Part shown: positions 59,774-64,000 of the stretch, piece after piece | Numbering within the stretch: position 1 is the first letter of the stretch | How the letters are laid out: the number at the start of each line of letters is the position of its first letter | From: an uncultured Methylocystaceae bacterium | Lineage (GTDB): Bacteria; Pseudomonadota; Alphaproteobacteria; Rhizobiales; Beijerinckiaceae | NCBI GenBank assembly: GCA_937870755.1 | Contig: CALMZV010000176.1 | Location: forward strand, 818-64,817 | Direction of reading: 5' to 3' | DNA: 64,000 bases | Made by a program: the position numbers and the translations under genes | The notes under the pieces: generated by a model | Database searches by the model: none | What the model was told of the DNA's origin: nothing | What the model saw: the letters and a program-made list of their open reading frames with translations, nothing else

Positions 59774-61453
59774 ATGCGAAACGGAATGCAGGCACAGGAA
59801 CACTTCGTTTTCGCGGCGCTCGGGGGGCTTGGCGAAATCGGCCGCAACGCGGCGCTCTACGGCTATGGCGCGCCGGGCCGGCGCAAATGGATCATGGTCG
59901 ATTGCGGTCTCTCGTTCGCAGGCCCGGACCTGCCGGGCGTCGATCTCGTCTTTCCCGACGTGTCCTATGTGGACCGCATCAAGGGCGACCTGCTCGGTCT
60001 GGTGGTCACCCATGCGCACGAGGACCACGTGGGCGCCATCGCCGCGCTGTGGCCGCGCCTCGGCTGTCCGGTCTACGCCACCCCCTTCGCGCTGGGCCTG
60101 CTGGAGGCGCGCCGCCTGGGCGAACCCGGCGCCCCCGTCGTGCCGCTCGTCGAGATGCGGCAGGGCCGGCCGTTCGCGCTGGGGCCGTTCGAGATCGAGC
60201 CGGTGGCGATGGCCCATTCGATCCCTGAATCCTGCGCGCTCGCCATTCGCACGCCGGCGGGCCTGGTCGTCCATTCCGGCGACTGGAAGATCGACCCGGA
60301 GCCGGGGATCGGGCTGCCGACGGACGCCGCGCGGTTGCGCGAGATCGGCGATGCGGGCGTCGCGGCGCTCATCTGCGATTCGACGAACATCGTGCGCGAG
60401 GGCCGCAGCCCGTCGGAAGGCGAGGTCGCGCGCACGCTCGCGCGCCTGATCGCGGACGCCGAGGGCAGGGTGATCGTCACCACCTTCGCTTCCAATCTCG
60501 CGCGCATCCGCGCGGTGGCGCTGGCGGCGGAGGCCGCAGGCCGCTCGGTGGTGGTGGCGGGCCGTTCGCTCGACCGGGTGATCGCGGTCGGGCGCGAATG
60601 CGGCTATCTCGACGGCGTCAAGCCGTTCCTGCCGCAGCAGAGCTTCAAGGATCTCGATCGCGCTCATTGCGTGGTGCTGGCCACCGGCAGCCAGGGCGAG
60701 CCGCGTGCGGCCATGGCGCGCATCGGCGCCGGCGACCATCCGTCCGTCCGCCTCACGCCGGGCGACACCGTCATCTTTTCCTCGCGCACCATTCCCGGCA
60801 ACGAGCGCGAGGTGAACGCCATCATCAACGGGCTGGTCGATCAGAATCTGCATGTGATCACCGACCGCACGCATCTCGTCCATTGCTCCGGTCATCCCCG
60901 CCGCGAGGAGGTGGCGGACCTCTACGACTGGCTGCGTCCGGCCGCGCTCGTGCCCGCGCACGGCGAGCCGCAGCATCTGGCCGAACATGTCGAATTCGCG
61001 AAGAGCCGGGGCGTCGCCCGCGTGCTGGGCGCGCGCGACGGCGACATGATCAAGCTCGCGCCGGGCGAGGTGGAGATCGTCGACAGCGTGCATGTCGGCC
61101 GGCTGCTGGCCGACGGCGACGTGCTGGTGGCGGCCGACGACGAGGCGGTGGCCATGCGCCGGCGCCTGTCGTTCGCGGGCGTGGTGTCGATCGCGCTGGC
61201 GGTCACCGCCAAGGGCGAGATGCAGGGCGACCCGGACGTGGTGCTGGCGGGCGTGCCGCGCTACGGGCGCGATGGCGCGGCGCTCGACGCGCTGGTGGAC
61301 GAAACGATATTCTCCACCTTCGACAATCTGCCGCGCGGCCGCCGGCGCGACGCCGACAGTCTGGCCAACGCCATCGAACGCGCGGTGCGCGCGGCGCTCA
61401 ATTCCGCCTGGGGTAAGAAACCGCAGGTGCACGTTCTGGTTCTGGAAGTTTGA
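59774..61453 (+). CDS. rnj: ribonuclease J (metallo-beta-lactamase / beta-CASP family)
   Basis: 559-aa ORF. THAHEDHVGA zinc motif and a beta-CASP region with ...HCSGHP... Start is 59774 or 59786. Confidence 0.9.
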   Translation: MRNGMQAQEHFVFAALGGLGEIGRNAALYGYGAPGRRKWIMVDCGLSFAGPDLPGVDLVFPDVSYVDRIKGDLLGLVVTHAHEDHVGAIAALWPRLGCPVYATPFALGLLEARRLGEPGAPVVPLVEMRQGRPFALGPFEIEPVAMAHSIPESCALAIRTPAGLVVHSGDWKIDPEPGIGLPTDAARLREIGDAGVAALICDSTNIVREGRSPSEGEVARTLARLIADAEGRVIVTTFASNLARIRAVALAAEAAGRSVVVAGRSLDRVIAVGRECGYLDGVKPFLPQQSFKDLDRAHCVVLATGSQGEPRAAMARIGAGDHPSVRLTPGDTVIFSSRTIPGNEREVNAIINGLVDQNLHVITDRTHLVHCSGHPRREEVADLYDWLRPAALVPAHGEPQHLAEHVEFAKSRGVARVLGARDGDMIKLAPGEVEIVDSVHVGRLLADGDVLVAADDEAVAMRRRLSFAGVVSIALAVTAKGEMQGDPDVVLAGVPRYGRDGAALDALVDETIFSTFDNLPRGRRRDADSLANAIERAVRAALNSAWGKKPQVHVLVLEV

Positions 61454-61469
61454 ACGGGAGTTTCTGCAA

Positions 61470-61874
61470 ATGATCGGTCGTCTCAACCACGTCGCTATCG
61501 CGGTGAAGGATCTGGCGAAATCCGCCGCGCTCTATCGCGACACGCTCGGCGCGAAAGTCTCCGCTCCGCAGCCCGAGCCCGCCCACGGCGTGACGGTGGT
61601 GTTCATCGAACTGCCCAACACCAAGATCGAACTGCTGGAGCCGCTCGGCGAGAATTCGCCCATCGCGAAATTTCTGGAGAAGAACGCCGACGGCGGCATG
61701 CACCACATCTGCTACGAGGTCGCCGACATCATCGCCGCGCGCGACCAGTTGAAGGCCAAGGGCGCGCGCGTGCTGGGCGACGGCGAACCGAAGATCGGCG
61801 CGCATGGCAAGCCGGTGCTGTTCCTGCATCCCAAGGACTTCAACGGCACGCTGGTCGAAATCGAGCAGGTCTGA
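61470..61874 (+). CDS. mce: methylmalonyl-CoA epimerase (VOC/glyoxalase fold)
   Basis: In-frame ATG at 61470 in ORF 61092..61874. MIGRLNHVAIAVKDL...IELLEPLGENSPIAKFLEKN..GGMHHICYEV...LFLHPKDFNGTLVEIEQ. Confidence 0.88.
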   Translation: MIGRLNHVAIAVKDLAKSAALYRDTLGAKVSAPQPEPAHGVTVVFIELPNTKIELLEPLGENSPIAKFLEKNADGGMHHICYEVADIIAARDQLKAKGARVLGDGEPKIGAHGKPVLFLHPKDFNGTLVEIEQV

Positions 61875-61876
61875 AC

Positions 61877-62116
61877 GTGCAGCTGCCGGTCGCTACGCCG
61901 ACGGCCATCGCCATTTTCGTGACGATCTGGTGGGTGGTCCTGTTCGCGATCCTGCCGTTCGGCGTGCGCTCGCAGCACGAGGAGGCGGAGCGCCATCTGG
62001 GCACGGACCCCGGCGCCCCGGTCGCCCCGCGCCTTGCGCTCAAGGCGCTGGCGACGACGCTTGTGGCGGTCGTGGTCTGGGCGGCGTTGATGGCCTGGAT
62101 CGCGTGGATGGCATGA
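61877..62116 (+). CDS. DUF1467 family small membrane protein
   Basis: 79-aa ORF (GTG start). ...IFVTIWWVVLFAILPFGVRSQHE...GTDPGAP... matches DUF1467 as I recall it. I recall this family commonly following mce. Confidence 0.7.
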   Translation: MQLPVATPTAIAIFVTIWWVVLFAILPFGVRSQHEEAERHLGTDPGAPVAPRLALKALATTLVAVVVWAALMAWIAWMA

Positions 62117-62215
62117 GCGACGGCATGCGCGCCCACGCGCCCGCGTGCTGGCGCCGCGCCCTCAAAGAGGTTGATTATTGGGTCGCCCGAGGGTAGGTGG
62201 TGGCCTCCCGCAAGG

Positions 62216-62291
62216 GAGCGCGTAGCTCAGTCGGTAGAGCATCTGACTTTTAATCAGAGGGTCCTGGGTTCGAGTCCCAGCGCGCTCACCA
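62216..62291 (+). tRNA. tRNA-Lys (anticodon TTT)
   Basis: 76-nt GAGCGCGTAGCTCAGTCGGTAGAGCATCTGACTTTTAATCAGAGGGTCCTGGGTTCGAGTCCCAGCGCGCTCACCA. Perfect acceptor stem. Confidence 0.95.
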
Positions 62292-62305
62292 TCGGGGGCC
62301 GGGTA

Positions 62306-62350
62306 CAAGATCGCTGGCCGCAAGATCGCCGGCCGCAAGATCGCCGGCCG
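62306..62350 (+). repeat. 3 x 15-bp tandem repeat CAAGATCGCYGGCCG
   Basis: Read directly: 62306-62320, 62321-62335 and 62336-62350. It begins 15 nt after the tRNA-Lys 3' end. Confidence 0.9.
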
Positions 62351-62447
62351 CCATCGCCCCGCCGCGTTCGTGGCGCAACCATGACTTCCCCAAGAAACGT
62401 TCGCGCGCAGGCCGCCGTGCAATTCGCGCGCGCCAGGGAGGCAAGCC

Positions 62448-62912
62448 ATGTCGATCGCACCGACTCTCCAGCAGTATCTTGATCGCACCGTCACCTACGA
62501 GATGATCGCGCACGATCCCACCATGTCGTCGCACAGGACCGCGCAGGCCTGTCGCATATCGGGCGACAAGCTGGCCAAGGGCGTGGTGCTGCGTTGCCGC
62601 GACAAATACGTTCTCGCCGTTCTTCCGGCCTCGCGGTTCGTTCGCCTCGCCGATCTGAAAAACGAGTTCGGCGACGACATCGCGCTCGCCGACGAATACG
62701 AGGTCGCCCGACTGTTCCCTGACTGCGAGCGCGGCGCCGTGCCGGCGGTCGGCGAATGCTACGCACTCGAAACGATCGTCGACGACGCCATCGAGGGCCA
62801 GACGGACGTGTATATGGAGGGCGGCGACCATGCGACGCTGATCCATATCGACAAGTCGCAGTTCGCCGCTCTGTGCCGGGACGCCCGGCGCGGCCATTTC
62901 GCCGTCAGGTGA
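62448..62912 (+). CDS. YbaK/aminoacyl-tRNA-synthetase-associated (trans-editing deacylase-like) domain protein
   Basis: 154-aa ORF after a GGGAGG RBS. The pattern ...YEMIAHDPT...KGVVLRC.DKYVLAVLPA...GAVPAVG...VYMEGGDH... resembles the YbaK/ProX-type fold. Confidence 0.55.
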   Translation: MSIAPTLQQYLDRTVTYEMIAHDPTMSSHRTAQACRISGDKLAKGVVLRCRDKYVLAVLPASRFVRLADLKNEFGDDIALADEYEVARLFPDCERGAVPAVGECYALETIVDDAIEGQTDVYMEGGDHATLIHIDKSQFAALCRDARRGHFAVR

Positions 62913-62928
62913 GCCGGCCGACCATGGG

Positions 62929-63222
62929 TTAGCCCAGGGAGGCCATGATCTCGCGATAGGCCGCTTCCGGGAACGCCTTCAGCGTCTCGGTTCTGATGTT
63001 GCCGAGCGCGGCCAGTTGCAGCGTGAACCGCGCGGCCACGGCGTCGTCGGGCGCCTCGTAGACCGCGACGATGTCGTGGCGGCCCATCGTCAGGAAGAAC
63101 GATTTGAACGTGCCGCCCATGTCGCTCAGGAGCTTCTTGGCGGCGTCGAGCCGGCGGGGGGACTCCCGGGCGCTCCTGGCGCCGGCGTCCGTGAACTGGG
63201 CCAGCATGATGTAGGTCGTCAT
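62929..63222 (-). CDS. GYD domain-containing protein
   Basis: Internal ATG at 63222 in ORF 62929..63285. MTTYIMLAQFTDAG...MGRHDIVAVYEAPDD...GNIRTETLKAF. Sequence and size are typical of the GYD family. Confidence 0.7.
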   Translation of the reverse strand: MTTYIMLAQFTDAGARSARESPRRLDAAKKLLSDMGGTFKSFFLTMGRHDIVAVYEAPDDAVAARFTLQLAALGNIRTETLKAFPEAAYREIMASLG

Positions 63223-63429
63223 CGCGGCCTCCCGTTTCGGGACGCTCGACGCAACCCATGCGGCGCGCCGCCCGCGTTGCGCCAAGCCGTCGCGCCGGAC
63301 CGTTTGTCCGGCTCCGCGACTGTGCGGCCAAACGGCCCGGCGCGGAAGCGGAAAGTTCCGGCCCGCCGCCTCGCCGCCGCGCCGCTGATCCGTTCCATCG
63401 CCCGCCGAAAACCTTTATTGTCCGCGCCC

Positions 63430-64000
63430 ATGATCGACGAGACGCGGCCGCAGGCCCCGACGGAAATTCGCAGACCCCGGTTCAAGGCCGTGCCGATTCG
63501 CGTCGTATTGCCCAATCTGGTCACGCTGCTGGCGCTGGCGATGGGCCTCACCGCGATTCGCTTCGCGGTCGAGGGCCGCTACGAGACCGCGGCGCTGTTC
63601 ATCATCGGCGCGGCGATCCTCGACGGTCTGGACGGGCGCATCGCGCGTGCGCTCAAGGCCACCTCGCGCTTTGGCGCGGAACTCGATTCGCTGGCCGATT
63701 TCGTGGGCTTCGGGGTCGCTCCCGCGCTCACGCTCTATTTCTGGAGCCTGCACGAAATCAAGAGTTTCGGTTGGTTTGCCGCGCTCGTGTTCGCGATTGC
63801 CGCGGCGCTGCGGCTCGCCCGTTTCAACGTCATGATCGACGATCCGAGCCGGCCTGCCTGGGCCGCGAATTTCTTCGTCGGCATGCCCGCGCCGGCGGCC
63901 GCCTGCATGGCGCTCATGCCGCTCTACCTCCACTATTCGGTTCTGCATCTGCCGGGGGCGAAGACGCTCGCGCCCTATCACATCGCGTATCTGCTGCTTC
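63430..64000 (+). CDS. pssA: CDP-diacylglycerol--serine O-phosphatidyltransferase (CDP-alcohol phosphatidyltransferase family), 3' end beyond window
   Basis: Not in the track because it runs off the edge. Hand translation from ATG 63430 gives MIDETRPQAP...PNLVTLLALAMGLTAIRF...ILDGLDGRIARALKATSRFGAELDSLADFVGFGVAP..., carrying the DGx2ARx8Gx3Dx3D motif. Confidence 0.8.
   Translation, partial: MIDETRPQAPTEIRRPRFKAVPIRVVLPNLVTLLALAMGLTAIRFAVEGRYETAALFIIGAAILDGLDGRIARALKATSRFGAELDSLADFVGFGVAPALTLYFWSLHEIKSFGWFAALVFAIAAALRLARFNVMIDDPSRPAWAANFFVGMPAPAAACMALMPLYLHYSVLHLPGAKTLAPYHIAYLLL

Noticed and set aside
62306-62350. Possible CRISPR-like array after tRNA-Lys
   Set aside because: The units are 15 bp, directly abutting with no spacers, and there are only three copies and no cas genes. 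It is a simple tandem repeat.

Overview
Visibly GC-rich bacterial chromosome segment. Its gene content and order look like alphaproteobacterial (Hyphomicrobiales/Rhizobiales-type) core genome: opgG-opgH, glmU-glmS, mfd, recG, tRNA-Leu-tig-clpP-clpX ... lon-hupB-tRNA-Val, tRNA-Asp-nuoABCDEFGHIJKLMN-birA-rnj-mce-DUF1467-tRNA-Lys, pssA. I can support about 55 protein genes, 4 tRNAs, several intrinsic terminators and a few short tandem duplications. Many of the longest ORFs in the six-frame track are Arg/Ala/Gly/Pro-rich antisense or off-frame artefacts of the GC content and were discarded. Several real genes start well inside the listed ORFs. Two edge genes (opgH on the left, pssA on the right) are missing from the track and were translated by hand. 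I saw no rRNA, CRISPR, transposase, integrase, phage or recognisable defence or toxin genes. I do not find a convincing, coherent novel multi-gene system here; the window is mostly housekeeping. Five places deserve a second look. (i) A 3.3-kb insert bounded by tRNA-Val and tRNA-Asp carries an orphan Flp pilin, a small ORF, a single-pass TPR membrane protein and a divergent secreted ClpP/NfeD-like protein. (ii) Two antisense GT-C-like membrane proteins split the clpX-lon pair. (iii) An orphan YejA-like binding protein is translationally coupled to a truncated adenylation-domain-like protein with a degenerate P-loop. (iv) A Tat-exported multicopper-oxidase-like protein with degenerate copper ligands is coupled to dcp. 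(v) A 19-nt duplication of the glmS 3' end creates a 14-codon relay ORF into the next gene. Small repeats and hairpins are listed separately.
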